Positions 1 to 5,791 of a stretch of DNA of 39,456 nucleotides are shown piece after piece. Below the pieces are notes generated by a model. The model was not told where the DNA came from. It made no database searches and saw only the letters and a list, made by a program, of their open reading frames with translations. The stretch is from a virus: positions 1 through 39,456 of IMG/VR virus record IMGVR_UViG_3300045988_145861. One strand, 5' to 3'. Both the position numbers and the translations under genes were made by a program. Positions within the stretch are counted from its first letter, which is position 1. Each line of letters opens with the position of its first letter.

Positions 1-55
1 GCCCACGCTTCGGGCACGTCCGTCACCGTGCAGGTGAGGGTCGCCTGGTCGGCGA
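1..55. repeat. Terminal direct repeat, copy 1 (identical to 39402-39456)
   Basis: Read directly: gcccacgcttcgggcacgtccgtcaccgtgcaggtgagggtcgcctggtcggcga occurs at both window ends. This implies a circular or circularly permuted molecule with 39,401 unique bp. Confidence 0.95.
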
Positions 56-344
56 CGCACTCACCAATCGTGGTGCCGTCGTCCAGCGTGAACGGAAAGT
101 TGGCGCGCCAGGCAAACCCGCCGTCGACGCTGCCAACGGTGAGGGTAGAGCCAACGGTCAGGTGCGGGGTCTGCCAGGTGCCCTCGACGGTGACCTCACT
201 CGAGGTCTGGCGTGAGGCTGACGTGGCCTTGGTGACCTGCGCGCTGATCGGCGCGGGGGTGTCCGCGAGCGCGGGGGCCGCGGCGGCTGCGACGGCGAGG
301 CCAATGGTGAGGCCGAGGCCGGCGAGCGTGTACTTGGTGTTCAT
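1..344 (-). CDS. Cell-wall-anchored adhesin, N-terminal segment. The gene wraps through the window ends and continues at 39401.
   Basis: ATG at 344 follows AGGAA. My minus-strand translation begins MNTKYTLAGLGLTIGLAVAAAAAPALADTPAP (a signal peptide). It stays open to nt 1 and is in frame with track ORF 38471..39427 through the overlap. Total length is 1275 nt, 424 aa. Confidence 0.8.
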   Translation of the reverse strand, partial: MNTKYTLAGLGLTIGLAVAAAAAPALADTPAPISAQVTKATSASRQTSSEVTVEGTWQTPHLTVGSTLTVGSVDGGFAWRANFPFTLDDGTTIGECVADQATLTCTVTDVPEAW

Positions 345-357
345 CGTTACGGGGTTC

Positions 358-498
358 CTATTCGTTGTCGGGTGTGGTGAGGGCGTTGATGCTGGCGTCC
401 TGGATGAGGCGGCGGACGTGCGGGTCGGTGCAGGGGCGGGAGGGGTGGCGGATCCACCAGGTGGTGGAGTGCAGCCACTCAACTGTGGTGAGGCTCAT
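358..498 (-). CDS. Hypothetical small protein (46 aa)
   Basis: Internal ATG of track ORF 358..654, with GGAGG 7 nt upstream. ATGA stop/start overlap with the upstream gene. Confidence 0.5.
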   Translation of the reverse strand: MSLTTVEWLHSTTWWIRHPSRPCTDPHVRRLIQDASINALTTPDNE

Positions 499-507
499 TT
501 GTGGGCC
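492..507. promoter_or_regulatory. Operator-like dyad GGCTCA-TTTG-TGGGCC, one mismatch from O1, inside the early operon
   Basis: Read directly. Same spacer (TTTG) and right arm as the perfect dyad at 1565-1580. Confidence 0.35.
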
Positions 508-752
508 TCCTTGTTGGCGTCGTTGGCGGCGGCCTGGTCGGCGGCTTCGGTGAGTGCCTTCGTGAAGAGGGCGTTCATGACTTCGTCGGGGTGGAGGGCG
601 ACCATGAGGCCGGCGATGACGAGGGAGCGGATGCACTTGGGCATCACTGCCCATGCGAGGCGGTGGCGGAGGCCGTGGAGGCCGCCGTAGCCGTTGACGA
701 GGTGGTCGATGTCGCCCTTGTACTTGGCTGGGATGACAATTTCGGGGATCAC
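495..752 (-). CDS. Hypothetical protein (85 aa)
   Basis: C-terminal part of track ORF 495..1223. The GTG at 752 overlaps the upstream stop (GTGA). The rest of the 242-aa ORF is Arg/Pro-rich and overlaps other genes. Confidence 0.5.
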   Translation of the reverse strand: MIPEIVIPAKYKGDIDHLVNGYGGLHGLRHRLAWAVMPKCIRSLVIAGLMVALHPDEVMNALFTKALTEAADQAAANDANKEAHK

Positions 753-973
753 TTGGCTGCCTCCTCGGTGTCGTCGTTGATGAGGGCGATAAGTGTTGTG
801 ATTTCGTCGATGGTGAAGAGGAGGAGTCCAGCCACCTGGTCGCGGGCCTTCGGCTGGACCGTGGTCATATCGATGACCCTCATTGCGTCGGCGACGCGTG
901 TCTGCTCTCGCAGGAGCGCGCCGCTGACGAGGGCTTTCTGGCGCTTGGTGAGGGTGGTACCGTTGATCTGCAC
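749..973 (-). CDS. Hypothetical protein (74 aa)
   Basis: Track ORF with AAAGGA upstream of the GTG start. Co-oriented with the early operon. Confidence 0.55.
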   Translation of the reverse strand: MQINGTTLTKRQKALVSGALLREQTRVADAMRVIDMTTVQPKARDQVAGLLLFTIDEITTLIALINDDTEEAAK

Positions 974-1054
974 GATCTTTGTCCTTTCTGTGGGGGTCGT
1001 GCGTGGGTCTCGCGGGGTGGCAGCCTCGCGGGGCCCGTCTTTTCTTGTGTGGGG

Positions 1055-1318
1055 TTACGCGGCCCGTTTGGCTGCGCGTGTGGCGGCTGCCTTGCGGGCT
1101 GCCTGACTGCGGTTGCTGCGGGCGGTGATCCTGCCTTCGGCGGGGGCTGCTGCGTGCCGGGCTTGGTAGGCCGCGAGCGCGTCGACGGGGATGCGCCAGC
1201 CTGCGCGGCCTTTCTCGTTCCACGCGGCGATCTGGCCGTCGCGGATGCGGCGGCGGACGGCGGCGGGGGAGAGCCTGAGCATCTCGGCGGCCTCGGCGAG
1301 GGTGAGGATCTGGGTCAC
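1055..1318 (-). CDS. Excisionase-family (MerR-like) helix-turn-helix DNA-binding protein
   Basis: LTLAEAAEMLRLSPAAVRRRIRDGQIAAW...WRIPVDALAAY fits the excisionase-family HTH pattern. 4-nt overlap with the upstream cro-like gene. Confidence 0.7.
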   Translation of the reverse strand: MTQILTLAEAAEMLRLSPAAVRRRIRDGQIAAWNEKGRAGWRIPVDALAAYQARHAAAPAEGRITARSNRSQAARKAAATRAAKRAA

Positions 1319-1542
1319 GCGGCCTCCTCGATGCGGGTTTCGACGTCTGCCATAAAGCGGCTCGGGGTCTCGTACCCGAGGGCGGCGCTGATGGCGACGA
1401 TCTCGCCTAGCGTGAAGTCGCTCTCACCTGAGAGTTTGCGCGCAAGCGTTGTCCGTGAAAGCCCAACCTGCTTGGCGAACGCGCGGATTGAGACCCCGGC
1501 GCTGTTGATCCGCGCTTTCAGCTCAGTTTGAACTGCGTTCAA
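1315..1542 (-). CDS. Cro-like XRE-family HTH regulator, first gene of the leftward early operon (75 aa)
   Basis: HTH IRAFAKQVGLSRTTLARKLSGESDFTLGEIVAISAALG. TTG start at 1542 lies 6 nt after GGAGGA. The track ORF extends to 1596 with no RBS. Confidence 0.7.
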   Translation of the reverse strand: MNAVQTELKARINSAGVSIRAFAKQVGLSRTTLARKLSGESDFTLGEIVAISAALGYETPSRFMADVETRIEEAA

Positions 1543-1564
1543 TGGTGTTCCTCCTTTCCGGGGT

Positions 1565-1580
1565 GGCCCATTTGTGGGCC
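1565..1580. promoter_or_regulatory. Operator O1: perfect dyad GGCCCA-TTTG-TGGGCC
   Basis: Read directly, in the divergent intergenic region between the two HTH genes. Confidence 0.55.
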
Positions 1581-1591
1581 GCATGTGAGTA

Positions 1592-1621
1592 ACCATAGTG
1601 GCCCAGAAGTGGGTCAGTCAA
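1592..1621 (-). promoter_or_regulatory. Candidate leftward early promoter TTGACT (1621-1616), 18-nt spacer, TATGGT (1597-1592)
   Basis: Sigma-70-like hexamers on the minus strand. The spacer is exactly filled by dyad O2. Confidence 0.5.
1600..1615. promoter_or_regulatory. Operator O2: GGCCCA-GAAG-TGGGTC (one mismatch)
   Basis: Read directly. Occupies the spacer of the candidate leftward promoter. Confidence 0.5.
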
Positions 1622-1662
1622 GTCGAAACGCGAAAATTAATGACGCAATGTCCCTACCAGGT

Positions 1663-1678
1663 GGCCCGTTTCTGGTCC
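1663..1678. promoter_or_regulatory. Weak operator-like dyad O3: GGCCCG-TTTC-TGGTCC (two mismatches)
   Basis: Read directly. Abuts the CATAAT hexamer upstream of the repressor ATG. Confidence 0.3.
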
Positions 1679-1691
1679 ATAATTGGGCGCA
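1678..1691 (+). promoter_or_regulatory. CATAAT -10 hexamer ending 7 nt before ATG 1691, suggesting a leaderless repressor mRNA
   Basis: No Shine-Dalgarno precedes ATG 1691. The hexamer-to-ATG spacing fits a leaderless start, which is common in Actinomycetota. The -35 is poor. Confidence 0.35.
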
Positions 1692-1960
1692 TGAGTGTCA
1701 CAGCATTTGAGCCGCATGACTTCGAGCAGGCCGTCGCCGCCGCCCTACGGGCCGAAATGAGCCGTCAAGGCATATCTCAGCGCACACTTTCAACTCGGTT
1801 GGGAGTTTCTCGGTCTCGTCTGATGCGAGTTCTTGCGGAGGAGGGGCAAACAGCCCCTATGACTGTCACGGTGCTAGAGGCCTTGTGTCGTGCTCTCGGC
1901 GTATCGATGACGCGGATACTCACTGACGCTGAAACCATGCTCGCAACCGGGCGGGCATAA
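1691..1960 (+). CDS. CI-like XRE-family HTH repressor (89 aa from ATG 1691; track ORF starts at 1598)
   Basis: HTH LRAEMSRQGISQRTLSTRLGVSRSRLMRVL. Divergent from the cro-like gene, co-oriented with int, and followed by a hairpin. Confidence 0.65.
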   Translation: MSVTAFEPHDFEQAVAAALRAEMSRQGISQRTLSTRLGVSRSRLMRVLAEEGQTAPMTVTVLEALCRALGVSMTRILTDAETMLATGRA

Positions 1961-1964
1961 AAAC

Positions 1965-1997
1965 AGACCCCACCAGGACGTCACACTGGTGGGGTCT
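1965..1997 (+). terminator. Hairpin after the repressor gene (12-bp stem AGACCCCACCAG / CTGGTGGGGTCT, 9-nt loop)
   Basis: Read directly. There is no clear U-tail, as is frequent in high-GC actinobacteria. Confidence 0.55.
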
Positions 1998-2084
1998 CGC
2001 GCATTTAGAACGCCCGTGCGCGCGGGCAAACCCAGGGGCCGACCCTGGTTCAATATGTGTGCGCTCAGGTGAGCATATCACGGC

Positions 2085-2100
2085 GGCCCACTAGTGGGCC
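2085..2100. promoter_or_regulatory. Remote perfect operator copy GGCCCA-CTAG-TGGGCC
   Basis: Read directly, about 125 nt downstream of the repressor stop. Confidence 0.45.
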
Positions 2101-2104
2101 AGAT

Positions 2105-2163
2105 GAAAGACAAAAGCCGCCGCCCCTGCACTGACTTTCCCGATCAGTTGCGGGGGCGGCGGG
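2105..2163 (-). terminator. Long imperfect hairpin followed on the minus strand by CTTTTGTCTTTC (intrinsic-terminator-like)
   Basis: Arms GCCGCCGCCCCTGCACTGA and TCAGTTGCGGGGGCGGCGG. No convincing minus-strand CDS lies upstream of it. Confidence 0.4.
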
Positions 2164-2270
2164 GTTTGCGCATGTGAGGCCAGCGCAGGTGGCCGGGTCT
2201 CTCGCGTCGGGGCGCGGTTTACCCAAGAGAGAACCGCCCAGCTACCCGAAGATGCCGAGCGATCTGTTAC

Positions 2271-2316
2271 GCCCATTCTACCAGTGGCCGCGCACATCTG
2301 CGTCCAGGCGTGGCCG
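2271..2316. repeat. Imperfect direct repeat, copy 1 (core GCACATCTGCGTCC at 2292-2305)
   Basis: cgcccattctaccagtggccgcgcacatctgcgtccaggcgtggcc aligns by eye with 2561-2610. Confidence 0.5.
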
Positions 2317-2560
2317 GTGATATGAGAAGTCCCCACACGGAACCCGGTCGGGAAGTGTGGGGGCGCTGCCACTAGCTTAGCTCGCGGCGGGCGCATCTGT
2401 AGACATGAGAGCCACCCCCGCGCCGTGAGAGGCCCAGTCAACGGCGGGGGTGTGGGATCTGCGCATTGGTGCCCGCGCATGGGCCGGGGCCTGCAGTGCC
2501 TAACCACGGTATGGCCCCGGTCATTTGTGCATGAAAACAGAGGCCCGACCGGGGGTCTGT

Positions 2561-2610
2561 CGCCCCTATCCTACCTCGCGGCTGGCACATCTGCGTCCCC
2601 ACGCGCGGCC
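2561..2610. repeat. Imperfect direct repeat, copy 2 (core GCACATCTGCGTCC at 2585-2598)
   Basis: cgcccctatcctacctcgcggctggcacatctgcgtccccacgcgcggcc. The 14-mer core is identical to copy 1. Confidence 0.5.
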
Positions 2611-2676
2611 CTGCGCGAGGCAAGGTGTAAAGACAACCAGCCGCGAGCGCAGCGCCGCCCGACCGCGATTTTTAGT

Positions 2677-2694
2677 GCGTGTCACGTGACACGC
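2677..2694. promoter_or_regulatory. 18-bp perfect palindrome GCGTGTCAC|GTGACACGC (protein-binding box)
   Basis: Read directly. The same 9-mer recurs at 2887-2895, 2900-2908 and 30005-30013. Confidence 0.5.
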
Positions 2695-2812
2695 GCACAA
2701 CGTCACGCAAGGGCATTTTATAGCCATTCAAGGCCATTCAGAAAAGCCGACTTTTCGGCGTAAAATCAAGACCTTTCCCCACCCTCACACCGCAAACCCC
2801 AAAACACCCTGC

Positions 2813-2838
2813 GGGGGGTTCGATTCCCCCCATCTCCA
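2813..2838 (+). other. attP core candidate: 3' T-arm plus acceptor strand of a tRNA (GGGGG-TTCGATT-CCCCC-CATCTCC-A)
   Basis: Canonical T-stem and TTCGATT loop followed by a 7-nt acceptor 3' strand. I could not fold a D-arm or anticodon arm upstream, so this is a fragment. It lies 140 nt upstream of int and is flanked by AT-richer DNA. Confidence 0.6.
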
Positions 2839-2884
2839 CAACAAAAACCGCATGATTCTGCGGTAAAATGAGGGTGCGAAAACA

Positions 2885-2908
2885 GCGTGACACGCCTGCG
2901 TGACACGC
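2885..2908. repeat. Two direct GCGTGACACGC boxes (2885-2895, 2898-2908) upstream of int
   Basis: Read directly, 13-nt period. Contains the 9-mer GTGACACGC twice. Confidence 0.55.
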
Positions 2909-2975
2909 ACGCTAGTTCAGCGGAGTACAATCAAGATCAGGCAAAGCCACCCATCATCAAGCGAGGCGGTGCAAG

Positions 2976-4139
2976 ATGGCATCTGTCAAGGCAGTGAAGC
3001 ACCGTGACGGCACCGTCGTCTACAGGGTCCGCTACCGCGCGGGCGGGCGCAACCCAGTCGTAGAGACGTTCTATGATGCCGCGAGCGCCAAGCGATTCGC
3101 CGACCTCGTCGACCGCGTCGGCGGGGCCGCCGCCCGCGAGATGCGCAGCCTCGACGACCTCGCAGCCGCCGATACGCCGACTGTCGCCGCGGCGTGCGAA
3201 CACCACCTCGAGGCCCTGGCCGCGTCGGCAACGCCCGGCACGATCAGCAGATACAGGCAGATCGTGCGGGACCGGATCGAGCCGAGCCTCGGACTCATCC
3301 CTGTGGACATGCTGACGAGGCATGCGGTCACGAAGTGGGTCGCCGAAATGAGGCGTACGCCCGTCGCTCGCGGTGCCACCGCTGGCCGCCCCCCGTCAGC
3401 AAAGACGATCCGCAACGCCCAAGCCCTCCTATCCGCTGCCCTGCAACGCCTTGTTAACGAGGACGTCATTGCCCGCAACGTCGCCAAGGGCGTCCCCCTA
3501 CCCAAGGACGCGACCGTGCGCGAAATGCGCTTCCTCACCCCCGACGAGTACACGCGCCTCCACGCGCAGATCCCCGCCGACTACCAGCCCTTCGTCGCCG
3601 CAATGTACGGCCTCGGCCTGCGCTTCGGCGAGGCAACCGCCCTCACAGTCGCCGACGTCGACCTCGACGTCGCACAACCCGTCGTCCGCGTCAGCAAAGC
3701 CTGGAAAATGGGCGAAAACGGCACCCCCTACCTCGGGGCCCCGAAAACCAAACGCGCACGCCGCACGGTCACCATCCCCGCGCCCCTCATCCCTGAACTG
3801 CGCGCCGCGCTCGCGGGCAAGGCCTCGGATGAGCTGGTATTCACGGCGCGCAGGGGCGGGCCGATCACGTCGGGGCCATTCCACGCCCACATCTGGCAGC
3901 CTGCGTGTGATGCGGCGGGCCTATCGCCGCGACCGCGCGTGCATGACCTGCGCCATTCGCACGCGTCGGCACTGATCGCGGCGGGCGTCCCCCTGCCCGT
4001 TGTGCAGCGCCGCATGGGGCACGAATCAATCCAGACGACCGTCGATGTATACGGGCACCTCGCGCCTGATGCTTACGCAGGCGCGGCTGAGGCCATGAGC
4101 GTGGCCATGGGCGGGGTGACCCCTCAACTCGGCATGTGA
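2976..4139 (+). CDS. int: Tyrosine recombinase / phage integrase
   Basis: C-terminal catalytic signature HDLRHSHASALIAAGVPLPVVQRRMGHESIQTTVDVYGHL, with an upstream GLRFGEATAL box. Adjacent to the tRNA-like attP. Confidence 0.93.
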   Translation: MASVKAVKHRDGTVVYRVRYRAGGRNPVVETFYDAASAKRFADLVDRVGGAAAREMRSLDDLAAADTPTVAAACEHHLEALAASATPGTISRYRQIVRDRIEPSLGLIPVDMLTRHAVTKWVAEMRRTPVARGATAGRPPSAKTIRNAQALLSAALQRLVNEDVIARNVAKGVPLPKDATVREMRFLTPDEYTRLHAQIPADYQPFVAAMYGLGLRFGEATALTVADVDLDVAQPVVRVSKAWKMGENGTPYLGAPKTKRARRTVTIPAPLIPELRAALAGKASDELVFTARRGGPITSGPFHAHIWQPACDAAGLSPRPRVHDLRHSHASALIAAGVPLPVVQRRMGHESIQTTVDVYGHLAPDAYAGAAEAMSVAMGGVTPQLGM

Positions 4140-4160
4140 CGCGCATCGCGTTTGCTTGGC

Positions 4161-4243
4161 TTGCGTGATAGCCCGCGCGCGGGCTATAGTTAGGTTATCG
4201 GGAGGGAACAAGCCCCCCGAAACTCAACGAAGGAGATACCGAA
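4161..4243 (+). promoter_or_regulatory. Promoter-operator-leader cassette A: TTGCGT, 18 nt, TATAGT (4185-4190), then a conserved 5' leader
   Basis: The -10 sits inside the perfect 20-bp palindrome ATAGCCCGCGCGCGGGCTAT (4168-4187). The leader from 4185 is near-identical to 5332-5386. Confidence 0.6.
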
Positions 4244-4585
4244 ATGACCACCACGACCTGGACCAAGGCAGAGCGCTTCGACGGCGAAGGCGCCCTCATC
4301 GCCGCCGACCTCGACAACGGCGCCCGCGCCGTCATCTACGGCGAATACCAGGACGGAGTCAAGATCAGCCTCCTGATCTTCGACGACGCCCTGCCGGGTG
4401 GCAGCGCCTCGACCGAACACACCCAGGATTGGCCGCTCATCGAACGCTACATCCCCCGCGCTGAGTGGCCCGCCGAAATCTGGGGCGGCTACCACGGCCC
4501 CGCCGAACGCACCCCCGCGCCCGAGGTTGCCGCCGCCGTCGCCCAGTACGTCGCCGAGACGAACGCCTGGCTTGCCGAGGACTGA
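4244..4585 (+). CDS. Hypothetical protein (113 aa), moron-like
   Basis: Track ORF with AAGGAG RBS, its own promoter and a downstream hairpin. Confidence 0.6.
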   Translation: MTTTTWTKAERFDGEGALIAADLDNGARAVIYGEYQDGVKISLLIFDDALPGGSASTEHTQDWPLIERYIPRAEWPAEIWGGYHGPAERTPAPEVAAAVAQYVAETNAWLAED

Positions 4586-4598
4586 CCAACAACCCCAA

Positions 4599-4631
4599 GG
4601 CCCCCGCGCCCGAAACCGACGGCGCGGGGCC
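4599..4631 (+). terminator. GC-rich hairpin (GGCCCCCGCGCC ... GGCGCGGGGCC), possible attenuator
   Basis: Read directly. One bulged C and no U-tail. Confidence 0.35.
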
Positions 4632-4649
4632 AACCCATAGGAGGACCAA

Positions 4650-5060
4650 TTGACCGAACTGCTCACACCTGCCGGGCTGCGGTGTCGCCGCAAAGCCCTA
4701 GGTATGAGCCGTGGTGATCTGGCGTCACTTCTCGACGTGAATGATGGGGTAATCCGCTCGTGGGAGATTGGCAAGACCTGGCCGCGCGATCCCGTGAGCA
4801 TCCACATGCTGCTCGGCCTCATTGAGGATGAGGCCCTCAACTGCGTCGACGACCTCACGGCCCCCGCTGACGGCGAGAACGAGGACGTGCGCGCGCGCCC
4901 AGCCGCCCTGTTCTCATACGTCGATCAAGCCGCGTACGAACAGGGGTGCGAGTGGGCCGCCCGGCTCCCCCTGTCCACGTACCAGGCGTGCGTGGGCCGC
5001 GCCTTCGCCCTCCTGGCCGACCAGGACATCCCGGCCGAAATCATCACACGGACCAATTGA
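4650..5060 (+). CDS. XRE-family HTH protein with an unknown C-terminal domain (136 aa)
   Basis: LRCRRKALGMSRGDLASLLDVNDGVIRSWEIGKTWP HTH. TTG start after AGGAGGA. Confidence 0.6.
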   Translation: MTELLTPAGLRCRRKALGMSRGDLASLLDVNDGVIRSWEIGKTWPRDPVSIHMLLGLIEDEALNCVDDLTAPADGENEDVRARPAALFSYVDQAAYEQGCEWAARLPLSTYQACVGRAFALLADQDIPAEIITRTN

Positions 5061-5069
5061 GGAGCACCC

Positions 5070-5285
5070 ATGACCCGCGAGTACCTAGGCGCCGCCGATT
5101 TCGCCGCCCGCGTCGGCCTGGCCCCGGCGACGATCAGGTCGTACATGAGGAAGGGTCTGACGCCGCCCGCTGACGTCGTTATCACGACGCCGTCAGGTCC
5201 GCTGCGCGGCTGGCTGCCCGCAACAATCGATGCGTGGCTCGCTGCGAGGCCCGGCCAGGGCACCCGCACTGACCTACGCAAGTAG
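5070..5285 (+). CDS. Excisionase-like (MerR/AlpA-type) HTH protein, candidate recombination directionality factor
   Basis: GAADFAARVGLAPATIRSYMRKG...WLPATIDAWLAARPGQG is the typical small Xis-type winged HTH. Same strand and neighbourhood as int. Confidence 0.6.
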   Translation: MTREYLGAADFAARVGLAPATIRSYMRKGLTPPADVVITTPSGPLRGWLPATIDAWLAARPGQGTRTDLRK

Positions 5286-5307
5286 TGCGCATCACATTTG
5301 TTTCAAC

Positions 5308-5386
5308 TTGCACTATACATCGCGTGCGGTGTATAGTTAAGTCATCGGGAGGGAAAGCCCCCCGAAACTCAACGAAGGAGAACACC
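5308..5386 (+). promoter_or_regulatory. Promoter-operator-leader cassette B: TTGCAC, 18 nt, TATAGT (5332-5337), then a conserved 5' leader
   Basis: The -10 lies within the inverted repeat ACTATACA (5312-5319) / TGTATAGT (5330-5337). The leader is near-identical to 4185-4243. Confidence 0.6.
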
Positions 5387-5779
5387 ATGGACATCTACGC
5401 CGCCACCCAAGCGTTCAACGCAGCCGCCACCAAGGCATGGACCACCTGCGACATCGTCGATATCCCCGGATGCCCCGGGTGGACGTTTAACGGCCCCGCG
5501 CGGCCCACAGCAGGCTTCTTCGTCGCCATTAGCTACGACGGCCGCGAAATTGCCCGCGCCGACGGCGACGAAGCCGATCCGATGTCGATCCACTTCTACC
5601 CGACACCGCGAAAGATCGTCACGCTTGACGACTTCAAGTGGATCATCAAGATGATTCGCCAAGGCTTCCTCCTCAGCCTCGACCCCGAGTTCAACCACTG
5701 GCTCGCGAACTGCGAGCGCTTGAGCTACCACTGGGATTTCGATCCCGGGGTCGGCGTGACGGCCCCCGCCAAGGCTTGA
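5387..5779 (+). CDS. Hypothetical protein (130 aa), moron-like
   Basis: ATG after AAGGAGAACACC, in frame within track ORF 5285..5779. Has its own promoter and a strong terminator. Confidence 0.6.
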   Translation: MDIYAATQAFNAAATKAWTTCDIVDIPGCPGWTFNGPARPTAGFFVAISYDGREIARADGDEADPMSIHFYPTPRKIVTLDDFKWIIKMIRQGFLLSLDPEFNHWLANCERLSYHWDFDPGVGVTAPAKA

Positions 5780-5791
5780 CAATAAGGGAAG

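Noticed and set aside
28-690. A 220-aa plus-strand ORF at the left end.
   Set aside because: It is antisense to the adhesin N-terminus and two coupled small genes, has a low-complexity Ala/Val/Gly/Arg composition, and has no RBS.
1006-1032. The direct repeat CTCGCGGGG x2 in the 81-nt gap between early genes 749..973 and 1055..1318.
   Set aside because: It is short (9 nt), GC-rich and not part of a convincing hairpin or promoter. The evidence is insufficient for a regulatory call.
2091-2763. ORFs 2091..2507 (minus, 138 aa), 2425..2763 (plus, 112 aa) and 2438..2623 (minus) in the repressor-attP gap.
   Set aside because: Their composition is typical of non-coding high-GC DNA (runs of R, P, G, A, C and H), with no RBS and no motifs. 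I treat the region as non-coding and regulatory, though a small peptide or an RNA product cannot be excluded.
2761-2840. A possible complete tRNA gene.
   Set aside because: Only the T-arm and the 3' acceptor strand are present. I could not fold a D-arm, an anticodon arm or a matching 5' acceptor strand upstream, so it is an attP fragment.
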